Program-made: the position numbers and the translations under genes | IMG/VR virus record: IMGVR_UViG_3300048890_000087 | Span: 1 to 45,842 of that record | Strand: one strand, 5' to 3' | Length of the DNA stretch: 45,842 bases | DNA from: a virus | Taxonomy: Duplodnaviria; Caudoviricetes | Notes under the pieces: generated by a model | What the model was told of the DNA's origin: nothing | Seen by the model: only the letters and a program-made list of their open reading frames with translations | Database searches by the model: none | Shown: positions 17,594 through 25,337 of the stretch, piece after piece | Numbering within the stretch: the first letter of the stretch is position 1 | Layout of the letters: each line of letters begins with the position of its first letter

Positions 17594-18970
17594 CTAGACG
17601 CCTTGTCCTGTCGATGCCACTGTGGTGCGGCCGTCGATCTGCGTGCCGCCGAATACGGTCACGACCTTGATGTCGCTGTCCATCGAGATGAAGTCGCCCA
17701 TCATCGGATCCACTGCGCCGCCCATGCGCGCCGTGTTGCCGACCTTCTGGAACATCTGCGGCTCTTTGAAGCCGGTCAGGAAGCCCATCTCGATCGATGG
17801 TCGTTCGACGGAATCGGGATCAACCGTGATTCCCCACATGGTGTCCTGCGTGCCCGAAGTCGTGCAGACGATCGGGATGTAGGGATCCATGACCAGTTCC
17901 ATGTTCCGGATCAGCCAGTTGTTCGCCTGCAGGAACTGGGTCGGAAAGCCCTGCGTGTTCTGCGTGCCGCCTTCGACGGAGAGTTGCATCGAAGTCGCCG
18001 CCATCAGGTTTTCAGCCAGCGCCACATACCGCGGCCCATACCAGAGACGCAGCTTGCCGGTGATCAGGATCGGATCGCCGCCCGAATCGCGCTGCCGAGC
18101 CAGCACCTTGAGCGCGTCCATGATCCCCTGAGATGAGAGCGCCGGGTTGTTCGTCGCCGCGCCGTTGGCGGTGTTGATGATGTTGTTATAGCTGTTGGCG
18201 CCAGAGGTATAGAGCGAAGCATTCGGCCCGTTGGCGTCCACATAGAGCGACGTGATGAACTTCGAAATGCCGCGGTTGGCGGCGAGCGCAAGACGCTTTG
18301 CCCGATCCTGAAAGATGCCGAGGTCGTCGTTGACGAACGCAGCCCAGTTGACCGAAGCCATCGCATGATAGAGCTTCGGCTGATATTGAATTGGCGCGGT
18401 GTTGGTTGTCGGGTATGCGCCATTCTGCGGCGAAGGCCCGACGAGAGCGCGCTGTTGCGGCGGCGCAGCAGGATCGACGCCAGTAAGCGGTGTGACCATG
18501 CCGTCCAGCAGATAGCGCGATACGAGACGGAAGTCTCGCAGATCGTGCATCCGAACGAGGCCTTTGTTCACGACCGGATAGCCGTTATAAAAGCCGTAAT
18601 ACAGGCGATCGAGCACGTCGACATAGAGCGCCTGATAGTCGGTGCGCGACATGGTTTCGCGCAATCCCAGCATGCGCCCGCCCGGATCTCCGTAGATCCC
18701 CGGGTACCGTTTCGCGATTTCCATGACCGCGAATTCGTGCGTCGGATTCACTGCCTGCTGCAGCAGGAATGGCGGAATCCGACCCTGAATGGCGTCAGAA
18801 TAGAGCCGAACGGCTTCATTGACACGCCGTTTGTGCTCCATCGATCGGCTGCGTCCGGCCGCCGCAAAGCCCTGCACCGCCGGATGGCTTGCTACGCCGC
18901 CAGGTCCCGGCCCGAACAGATGTCCGTCGCGGACCTCGCCGTAATTGCCCGCAGAAATGATTTCGTTCAT
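17594..18970 (-). CDS. Major capsid protein (HK97 fold, Mu gpT-like)
   Basis: LRETMSRTDY..., LRDFR, AFVNDDLGIF, GFLTGFKEPQ; follows the decoration and protease genes. Confidence 0.85.
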   Translation of the reverse strand: MNEIISAGNYGEVRDGHLFGPGPGGVASHPAVQGFAAAGRSRSMEHKRRVNEAVRLYSDAIQGRIPPFLLQQAVNPTHEFAVMEIAKRYPGIYGDPGGRMLGLRETMSRTDYQALYVDVLDRLYYGFYNGYPVVNKGLVRMHDLRDFRLVSRYLLDGMVTPLTGVDPAAPPQQRALVGPSPQNGAYPTTNTAPIQYQPKLYHAMASVNWAAFVNDDLGIFQDRAKRLALAANRGISKFITSLYVDANGPNASLYTSGANSYNNIINTANGAATNNPALSSQGIMDALKVLARQRDSGGDPILITGKLRLWYGPRYVALAENLMAATSMQLSVEGGTQNTQGFPTQFLQANNWLIRNMELVMDPYIPIVCTTSGTQDTMWGITVDPDSVERPSIEMGFLTGFKEPQMFQKVGNTARMGGAVDPMMGDFISMDSDIKVVTVFGGTQIDGRTTVASTGQGV

Positions 18971-19374
18971 TAGATTTGCACCCCCGCGGCGGTGTTGGTC
19001 ACGCCCGCCAGGATCTTCGTCTCGTTCGGATCCAGCCGTCCGAACGGAACGCCCGAGATGTTCTTGTCGAGCGAGAATCCGTAGGTGATATTGGTCGTGG
19101 CGTCGTAAGTCCCGCCTGACGCATAGAGCGGATCACCCGGATTGACTGCGGCCGTTACCGCCGGCGAGTTGGCGCTGCGTCCGATCACAGTCAGGTTGAA
19201 CGTGCCGTTGAGCAGCACTGTGCAACCGCTGAGGTTGGACTGGTACGAGTCGAGCGTCACGCCCGGCTCTGTACCGATGAGGATCGGCACGCCGGAAGCG
19301 GCGAATGTCGCCACGTTGGGCAACACCACCTGGCGGCGCGACGTCGGTGTGCCGGTAAAACGTTGATTGATCAT
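18970..19374 (-). CDS. Capsid decoration/cement protein (DUF2190-like)
   Basis: SGVPILIG..PGV...G.FNLTV...AVNPGDPLY pattern; immediately upstream of the capsid gene. Confidence 0.65.
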   Translation of the reverse strand: MINQRFTGTPTSRRQVVLPNVATFAASGVPILIGTEPGVTLDSYQSNLSGCTVLLNGTFNLTVIGRSANSPAVTAAVNPGDPLYASGGTYDATTNITYGFSLDKNISGVPFGRLDPNETKILAGVTNTAAGVQI

Positions 19375-19376
19375 GG

Positions 19377-19553
19377 TTAGGCGTTCTCCTGTTCGGCCTC
19401 TGGTTGGCGATAGTCGGGCATCGACGGCTCCGGATATCGTTTGGTGGTTTCAGCGAGAATGGCTTCGGCCTGATCGACGGCTGACGCAGCGCTGTGATTA
19501 GTGCCACTGGCGTAAATGGCCGCAAGAATCGCCAGGAGGATTCTGTCCGGCAT
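19377..19553 (-). CDS. Small hypothetical protein (58 aa, MPDRILLAILAAIYASG...)
   Basis: Hand-translated; fills the gap between the protease and decoration genes. Confidence 0.55.
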   Translation of the reverse strand: MPDRILLAILAAIYASGTNHSAASAVDQAEAILAETTKRYPEPSMPDYRQPEAEQENA

Positions 19554-19555
19554 TT

Positions 19556-21028
19556 TTAGGCGGCCCGTCCTTTCGCGGCAGCAATGGCCTGCTCTTTCGA
19601 CATCCCAAAGTCGGATTCGTAGAGCGCGACCATCTGGTCGAATTCGGCTTTCTCGCTGGCAGCGGTTTCTTTCAGCCGCGTGGCTTCGGCCTGCTCTTCC
19701 TTCACGCGATCGGCTTCACTGACCACGAGACCCATGCCTGTGACCCGCGCGCCGTTGCCGAGCGTGGCGCCATAGCGCCTGGCTTCGGCCATCACGACTT
19801 CGGCGAACTTCGTCTCATCGATCGCGCCTTCCTTGAGTGGGAGATCACGGTCGAGGACATTGGCGATCACATACTGCTTCTGCGCTTCGGAGAGCGAGAC
19901 ACCTGCGAGGGTGCGACCGGCGAGCACAGAGGCATCGCCTTTGAGCGCCCGCAGCTGCAGGCCGGAAGTCGCTGCGGTCACTCCTGCTTTGACCTGAGCC
20001 TCTACCAGCTTCGTAATTTCTTCAGCCGTCATTTCAACCTGCCCTTCGTTTTGAGTTATTGGAGCGGTTCGGGCCGACTCCGAGAGAAACATTCCGCCGG
20101 CACCGGCGCGCGTGACCATGTCGACGCCTTCAGCCGAAATCAGACTGGCGAGTACCGGTACGCCTTCTTTCATGACCGGGCGCCCGGCTTCCATGACTGC
20201 CGAACCGTTGGCTCTGATCGAGACACCGGCATACGGGCCCTTCTCGTCGATCATCTGCGCGTAATCGCTGAATGCTTTGATCGAGCCGTAAAGCCCCGGA
20301 CCGTCCGGATGATTGGCGATATACTGCGCGTCGGCTTCGAGCACGGCGCCCCAGTCCCGGACGGATCCTTCCGGCCGCGCTGCTTCTTCGGCGCGCGTCG
20401 GGTGATCGATCCGCATCGGCGTTCCGGCTTTGAAAACCTTCGGGCCGTCGCGTTCGAGCACTTCAGCCGGATAGTAAGCGCTCGCGCCTTTGCCCGGTGC
20501 GATCAGCTTGATTTTGCGCGACGCCTGAAACGCTTCGCGCAATGGAATGTCGACCGCAAAGGCTACCGATTCCTTGAGCTTCAGCGCGCCTTCGGCTGGT
20601 GGGTTTTTCGATTCCTTGACGGCACACGCAGCACCGAGGGACGCGGATGCATCGTGAATCGCCTGGAGTTGCTTCAGGTCGTGCTTCGAATTACGCGCGC
20701 CAGCTTCACCGAGCGCAGTGTCGGCCGTGACTACCTGGTAGGTCGTGAACGGCTGAACATCGACGGCATTCGCCATATCGACCGTGCAGTTCGCCCCGTT
20801 GATGGTGTACGAACACTGCTTGAGATCGTCGCCATAGCCGCATGAATAGACGACTGTTCCGCTTTTGTCGTCGCCGAAAATGTTGGCTATGTAGCAGTAC
20901 TGGCCGGTGCCTTTCGAGGCATCTGAGAGAGCGTCGGAAATGCGCGACCGGATGTCGGCGTGGCACATCTTCGCCGCGGCTTCCTGAAGTCTCTCTGCTA
21001 TGCGGAGGAAGGCGAGATTAAGCGACAC
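19556..21028 (-). CDS. Prohead maturation protease fused to a scaffold region
   Basis: IDHPT (His), GVSIRANG (Ser), VDMVTRAGAGG; helical, charged C-terminus. Confidence 0.75.
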   Translation of the reverse strand: MSLNLAFLRIAERLQEAAAKMCHADIRSRISDALSDASKGTGQYCYIANIFGDDKSGTVVYSCGYGDDLKQCSYTINGANCTVDMANAVDVQPFTTYQVVTADTALGEAGARNSKHDLKQLQAIHDASASLGAACAVKESKNPPAEGALKLKESVAFAVDIPLREAFQASRKIKLIAPGKGASAYYPAEVLERDGPKVFKAGTPMRIDHPTRAEEAARPEGSVRDWGAVLEADAQYIANHPDGPGLYGSIKAFSDYAQMIDEKGPYAGVSIRANGSAVMEAGRPVMKEGVPVLASLISAEGVDMVTRAGAGGMFLSESARTAPITQNEGQVEMTAEEITKLVEAQVKAGVTAATSGLQLRALKGDASVLAGRTLAGVSLSEAQKQYVIANVLDRDLPLKEGAIDETKFAEVVMAEARRYGATLGNGARVTGMGLVVSEADRVKEEQAEATRLKETAASEKAEFDQMVALYESDFGMSKEQAIAAAKGRAA

Positions 21029-21108
21029 TCTGCGCGCAAGCGTAAACCGTACGAAACAAAACCACCAAGAAATGCGAATTATGTTTTATAAATGAAATTG
21101 AGCACACA

Positions 21109-21474
21109 ATGGCGAAACCTGTCGGACGGCCCGCGCGGCAACGCCCGGAATTATGCAGCAAATGCCAGATATATCCGCCGAGCGCCGGGCAGCGATGGTG
21201 CCCGAAATGCATGCGGGAATATCAGGCCGGGCTGGCCGAGACCAAGCTGACGCAGGCAGAGGCTGCGGGCTTTGGCCGCGGTATTGAGGCTATGCGGGAA
21301 ATGCTGGTGCTTGAATTCCTGCGCCTTGGTCTGGTGCAGGTCACCTGCGTTGAAGTCGCGAGCGCGATCCGGCAGTCGCCGCGGCCCCGATTGCCTACTG
21401 ATTCGAAAGAACGACCGGGATCGTCGTCAGATGAAGCGATGAACCCACCGCAGGCTGTCCCAACGCTCCATTGA
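21109..21474 (+). CDS. AT-hook-like plus Zn-finger protein, putative regulator divergent from the head operon
   Basis: MAKPVGRPARQ, CSKC...WCPKC; AT-rich intergenic region 21029-21108. Confidence 0.6.
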   Translation: MAKPVGRPARQRPELCSKCQIYPPSAGQRWCPKCMREYQAGLAETKLTQAEAAGFGRGIEAMREMLVLEFLRLGLVQVTCVEVASAIRQSPRPRLPTDSKERPGSSSDEAMNPPQAVPTLH

Positions 21475-22774
21475 TATCGGTCGAAAGCGTTACACCGGCG
21501 GGCACCGTATAGCTGCCTGAGCCGTTCTCATTCCAGACGGCGCGCCCGAGATAGTTATTCGCTTTCGTGAAATCGCACTCCCAGTTCCCTGTGGAAGACT
21601 CGCGCCAGCATCCTGTGACTTTGGCACCGATCATCCAGGCCTGCACCTGTCCGTATGCGCTCGCGGTGATGCGCGGCCCGCTGAATGAATCCGAGTTCGG
21701 CGCCGTCCCGCAGTTGGGTCCGTACATTGTGCCCCAGTTGCAGTTGCCGTATTCATACCAGATCGAGCGGGCAATATTCAGCGAAGCAAACAGGAACGAC
21801 GTCGAGGCGATGAAACCCTGCCGCACGGATTCCGTGTAAGTAGGGATCGAAATCTGGTCCGAATTGCCCCACGAATACTCGGTATTCCAGAGCGGTTTCG
21901 CGCCCATTCCGGCGGCAGCCAGCGCCGTTTTCAATTGCGCGATATCCTGTGCTGCGACCAGTTCGGATGTAGCCGGAAATCCCGATTGACCGAGCAGAAA
22001 ATACTCGTGGATTGCAACGACATCGGTGTAAGCGCTGCCGCCTGCATTGATGTAATTCGTTAGATAAGCCTGTTTCGCTGTCGTCGGCCGCGAAATGTTC
22101 GGGCTCAGTACGGTGTTCGGGTTCACGCCACCGGCAAGCCCGGGCGAACACGAGCCATTCGCGCAGGCGCAGTTCGCGGTCGAGTGGATCAGGGGGTATG
22201 CGACGGAAGCAAGATGCACCAGTTGCGTGGTCGTTCCGGCCCAGAAGTCGAGCAGATCGATTTCATTCCAGAGTTCGAAGTACTTCAATCTGGTCCCGCA
22301 GGCGTGTTGGACGAGGGACGTAACGAATTCAATCCAGACTGCATCGCTTGATGGCGGATAGCACGAGCCCGCATCGTCCGAGATGCAATCGCCGGTCGGA
22401 TTCGACGAAGCCCACGCCGGAACATGGCCAAATGTAAAAATCACATCGGCATTATGTGTGGCGGCCTGTGCATTATAGCCGTCGACGCGCGACCAGTCAT
22501 AGACGCCGCTGGCAGTCTCGACGTTCGCCCAGTAAGACGAATCCCAGAGCATTAGGGATCCGATATTGCCGCCATTGGCATTCGATGGCCAGGCGAGATC
22601 CGCCGGGTTCGTCAAATGGTGAAAATGCTGGCCGAAGAAGGTCGTGTCGAGCGTTTGCGGTGAAGCAGGCACGAAGCCGATGGTGTTGATTGATCCGCCT
22701 GAAATGGTGGCATTGCCGTGGATGGTTTGCGCCTGAATGGTTCCCGCGAATAGCAGGAGCAGAAGACACCGCAC
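21395..22774 (-). CDS. Exported clan GH-A glycoside hydrolase (GH39/GH5-like)
   Basis: Signal peptide MRCLLLLLFAGTIQA; W..VE...GVYDWS, P.WAS, FELWNE (acid/base), DVVAIHEY, KPLWNTEYSW (nucleophile). Confidence 0.8.
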   Translation of the reverse strand: MRCLLLLLFAGTIQAQTIHGNATISGGSINTIGFVPASPQTLDTTFFGQHFHHLTNPADLAWPSNANGGNIGSLMLWDSSYWANVETASGVYDWSRVDGYNAQAATHNADVIFTFGHVPAWASSNPTGDCISDDAGSCYPPSSDAVWIEFVTSLVQHACGTRLKYFELWNEIDLLDFWAGTTTQLVHLASVAYPLIHSTANCACANGSCSPGLAGGVNPNTVLSPNISRPTTAKQAYLTNYINAGGSAYTDVVAIHEYFLLGQSGFPATSELVAAQDIAQLKTALAAAGMGAKPLWNTEYSWGNSDQISIPTYTESVRQGFIASTSFLFASLNIARSIWYEYGNCNWGTMYGPNCGTAPNSDSFSGPRITASAYGQVQAWMIGAKVTGCWRESSTGNWECDFTKANNYLGRAVWNENGSGSYTVPAGVTLSTDINGALGQPAVGSSLHLTTIPVVLSNQ

Positions 22775-22776
22775 GA

Positions 22777-23448
22777 TCAGTTCATTCTCTCGACGACAGC
22801 ATAGAACGAATACTGCGGGCTGCCGGTAATGCTCGATCCGGTCACCCTGTAATTGATTACGTTGCTTGACGTTACGAACATCGGAATGGCGCGATAGGCA
22901 AATGCCGAAAGCGACGTGGCGCTGATGGGCGTTATGGCGTCATTGGTTCCGGTCGAAGTCGGAGTGAAATCAATCCGGCTTTGCCAGGTCCCGCCGGTCG
23001 CCACTGTTGTATTGAAAATAAATGTGTTCACCCGATAGACACCGCTCACGGTTGGCGTGTAGAGCGCCGTTGGGCTGATATCGGTCGTTTGGGCGGTGAG
23101 CGAAAGTGTCGCGACCCGGCAAGGCCATTGCGTGCAGCTGGTCGGTAATCCGGTGAGCGTATCGGCGGCGGCGATGGTCTGCCCGCCGGCTGTCGTGCGC
23201 ATTGGCGTAACAAAGAATGTGGGCACACCGGCGTTATTCCACAGATCTCCAGCAGCCCCGGTATGCGATGGATTCGACGGCAGGTTAAAGAATGGATCTG
23301 AGCCGGTGCCCGTAAACGAGGGCGCCGATATCGGGCTGACGAATGTCTGTGTCTGATTTGACGGCGGCGGAGTGATTTGCGCCGTGATCGCAAGCGCCGC
23401 GATGAGCGCGACGGCCAGAAGGAAGATACCACTAATCGAACGGTTCAT
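22777..23448 (-). CDS. Exported Ser/Thr-rich beta protein
   Basis: Signal peptide MNRSISGIFLLAVALIAALAITA; LYTPTVSGVYRV. Confidence 0.65.
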   Translation of the reverse strand: MNRSISGIFLLAVALIAALAITAQITPPPSNQTQTFVSPISAPSFTGTGSDPFFNLPSNPSHTGAAGDLWNNAGVPTFFVTPMRTTAGGQTIAAADTLTGLPTSCTQWPCRVATLSLTAQTTDISPTALYTPTVSGVYRVNTFIFNTTVATGGTWQSRIDFTPTSTGTNDAITPISATSLSAFAYRAIPMFVTSSNVINYRVTGSSITGSPQYSFYAVVERMN

Positions 23449-23707
23449 AGGCCACACTCACAGTCGCACCAGCCGGGATATAGGCGTAAATGCCGCCAAT
23501 TGAATAACTGAACGTCGGCCCGGCATACGGGAAAAACATCGAAGCGCCAGCCACGACCGGCAACCCGAGCGCCGAGGAAACGGTCGACCCACCAAGCCTG
23601 ACCGTGCCCGCGCCGGACACGTAAACGATCACCCAGCGCGCCTGTACATTCGGCGTGACGAGCGCGACAGTCGCGTTAGCGCCGACGATATCCGCGAGAT
23701 TCTGCAT
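23432..23707 (-). CDS. Small beta-rich hypothetical protein
   Basis: 91-aa ORF with a TACAAT box just upstream. Confidence 0.6.
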   Translation of the reverse strand: MQNLADIVGANATVALVTPNVQARWVIVYVSGAGTVRLGGSTVSSALGLPVVAGASMFFPYAGPTFSYSIGGIYAYIPAGATVSVAYEPFD

Positions 23708-23757
23708 GCCTGATTGTATACAGAATCACAGAAATCAATCCTGGAATTATTGGATTG

Positions 23758-23913
23758 TTACCAGAGATCGGTGCGGCCCCGGCTGAAGAGAAACAGCACC
23801 AGCAGGACCAGAATGACGATACCGAACCCGCCCGGAGCACCCCACTGGTGGAACCCGTAATATCCGCCTCCACCGCCGAAGATCAGTAGCACGAGCAGCA
23901 ATATGATCAGCAT
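23758..23913 (-). CDS. Small membrane protein, DUF3309-like (51 aa)
   Basis: Hand-translated MLIILLLVLLIFGGGGGYYGFHQWGAPGGFGIVILVLLVLFLFSRG... Confidence 0.7.
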   Translation of the reverse strand: MLIILLLVLLIFGGGGGYYGFHQWGAPGGFGIVILVLLVLFLFSRGRTDLW

Positions 23914-23916
23914 GGT

Positions 23917-24081
23917 TCAGTGCGCCAGTTGCGGCCACAACTGCGCCAGCGTGACGAAGAAAAGCCCCGCACAGATGAAGCTCGGGTAATACGGCTGCGG
24001 CGCGACAGGCCACCATCGCGACCATGCACCGATGGCGAAGACGATGAGCGCGACGACCAGAAAGAAGGTCTGGAGGTTCAT
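23917..24081 (-). CDS. Small two-TM membrane protein (54 aa; holin-like candidate)
   Basis: Hand-translated MNLQTFFLVVALIVFAIGAWSRWWP...FICAGLFFVTLAQLWP. Confidence 0.6.
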   Translation of the reverse strand: MNLQTFFLVVALIVFAIGAWSRWWPVAPQPYYPSFICAGLFFVTLAQLWPQLAH

Positions 24082-24088
24082 GGCGATG

Positions 24089-24122
24089 ATTCTATCCGAC
24101 TTAAGGGAAATTTGCTTAAGTC
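24089..24122 (-). promoter_or_regulatory. Putative leaderless promoter with an operator palindrome
   Basis: TAGAAT 7 nt before ATG 24081; perfect inverted repeat GACTTAAG-N9-CTTAAGTC (24098-24122). Confidence 0.55.
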
Positions 24123-24124
24123 AT

Positions 24125-24166
24125 GGAAAAATGCGGAAAATGCGGAATGCGGAATGCGGAAAATGC
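24125..24166. repeat. Five tandem GG(A)2-5TGC units
   Basis: GGAAAAATGC GGAAAATGC GGAATGC GGAATGC GGAAAATGC. Confidence 0.85.
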
Positions 24167-24169
24167 ATT

Positions 24170-24460
24170 TCAAACGTAAACCCGCTTCCGTGTATCGCGA
24201 TATTCGACTGTGCAGGTGCAGTTCGGATGCAATGGCGGTTCATCGACCGGGCCGTCGCCGACGTCTGAAGGGAAAAATTCGGACTCTTCGATCTCGCCCG
24301 CATCGGCATTTTCGATGCAGCCTTCGCAGTTGCCGGTACGGCCGCCGGGTCCGAGGATCCACGATTTGACGGTCACGTCTTCGTAATAGTATTCGCCGCG
24401 GGCTTCGAGCAGAGACGCCAGCGCGTTCGCCGCTTCAACGATCTCGGCGTGCGCGCTCAT
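24170..24460 (-). CDS. Minimal MuF/SPP1 gp7-like head morphogenesis domain
   Basis: KSWI....NCEGCIENA...PPLHPNCTC, the C-terminal MuF signature. Confidence 0.7.
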   Translation of the reverse strand: MSAHAEIVEAANALASLLEARGEYYYEDVTVKSWILGPGGRTGNCEGCIENADAGEIEESEFFPSDVGDGPVDEPPLHPNCTCTVEYRDTRKRVYV

Positions 24461-24876
24461 TTCGTCAGTGCGACCGTTACAGTTTCCTCGACCATCGCCA
24501 CCGGCCACGCGCGCCACTCATCAAACGCAGGCCGCAGGTAAGGTTGCGCCGGCATGCCCGGCCACGTGGGTGAATACGGGCCGGGTCCGGCGCCGGGACT
24601 GGCAGCGCCGCGGATGCCGGTCCCGAACTCAACGAAGACGCTGTGCGGCGAATCGAAGACCACCGCAGCATAGACCGTTTTGCCCGATTCGCTGACTTCG
24701 ACGTGCCCGGATTCGCGGAGAGCGCCGGTGTCGACTGGCACGAGGACTTGTGCCGTGGCGAGCACGCGCTCTGCCCATTCGGTGATGGCGTGGGTTACGG
24801 CTTGGGTAATTTTGGCTTCGATGAACTGGCCGGCGCCGGACCGCGGCTGGTATCGCGAAAAACTAGTTAAGTTCAT
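24457..24876 (-). CDS. HK97 gp10-family tail-completion protein
   Basis: PVDTGALRES, FVEFGT, MPAQPYLRPAF. Confidence 0.85.
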   Translation of the reverse strand: MNLTSFSRYQPRSGAGQFIEAKITQAVTHAITEWAERVLATAQVLVPVDTGALRESGHVEVSESGKTVYAAVVFDSPHSVFVEFGTGIRGAASPGAGPGPYSPTWPGMPAQPYLRPAFDEWRAWPVAMVEETVTVALTK

Positions 24877-24994
24877 GGCTTTGAATCCCGTTCGAGATGC
24901 GACCCGTTCATTACACCCGCCAGGTGTAATTGCTCCGAGCGTGCCGCACCCGAACGATTGCTCCGGTTACCTTCCGCGCTCTCCTTTCCTGGTT

Positions 24995-25207
24995 TTAGTT
25001 GCTCAATCCCCACGGAATCACATCAATAATCTCGAACGGCTCCCATACTCGCATGCTCGACTCCGGAATCATCTTGCCCCGCCACAGGGTCCCGCACTCA
25101 GGACAACTCCACTCATCCGAGCTCAACTCACCAGCATGCGACGCCTTGACGAAATGCGGCGAGCAGCACAGATCCGCGATATGAAGCTCAAGCGTCGCGT
25201 CCGGCAT
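24995..25207 (-). CDS. Small Zn-ribbon protein
   Basis: CC...WSCPECGTLW; AAGGG RBS. Confidence 0.6.
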   Translation of the reverse strand: MPDATLELHIADLCCSPHFVKASHAGELSSDEWSCPECGTLWRGKMIPESSMRVWEPFEIIDVIPWGLSN

Positions 25208-25337
25208 TGTCGCCCTTCGTTCTCGGCCTGCATTGCCGCCCCTGCCGCCGCAGTTCGGCCAGCTGCCGCTCGACTTCCCTGAGCCGCGCCTGCAACTCCC
25301 GCATGAGATCAGTTGTGTCGATCTGCTTCAGGTTCAT
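25188..25337 (-). CDS. Small coiled-coil protein
   Basis: MNLKQIDTTDLMRELQARLREVERQLAEL; GAGG upstream. Confidence 0.5.
   Translation of the reverse strand: MNLKQIDTTDLMRELQARLREVERQLAELRRQGRQCRPRTKGDNAGRDA

Noticed and set aside
24125-24166. Mini CRISPR array
   Set aside because: Units are 7-10 bp with no spacers, and no cas genes are present
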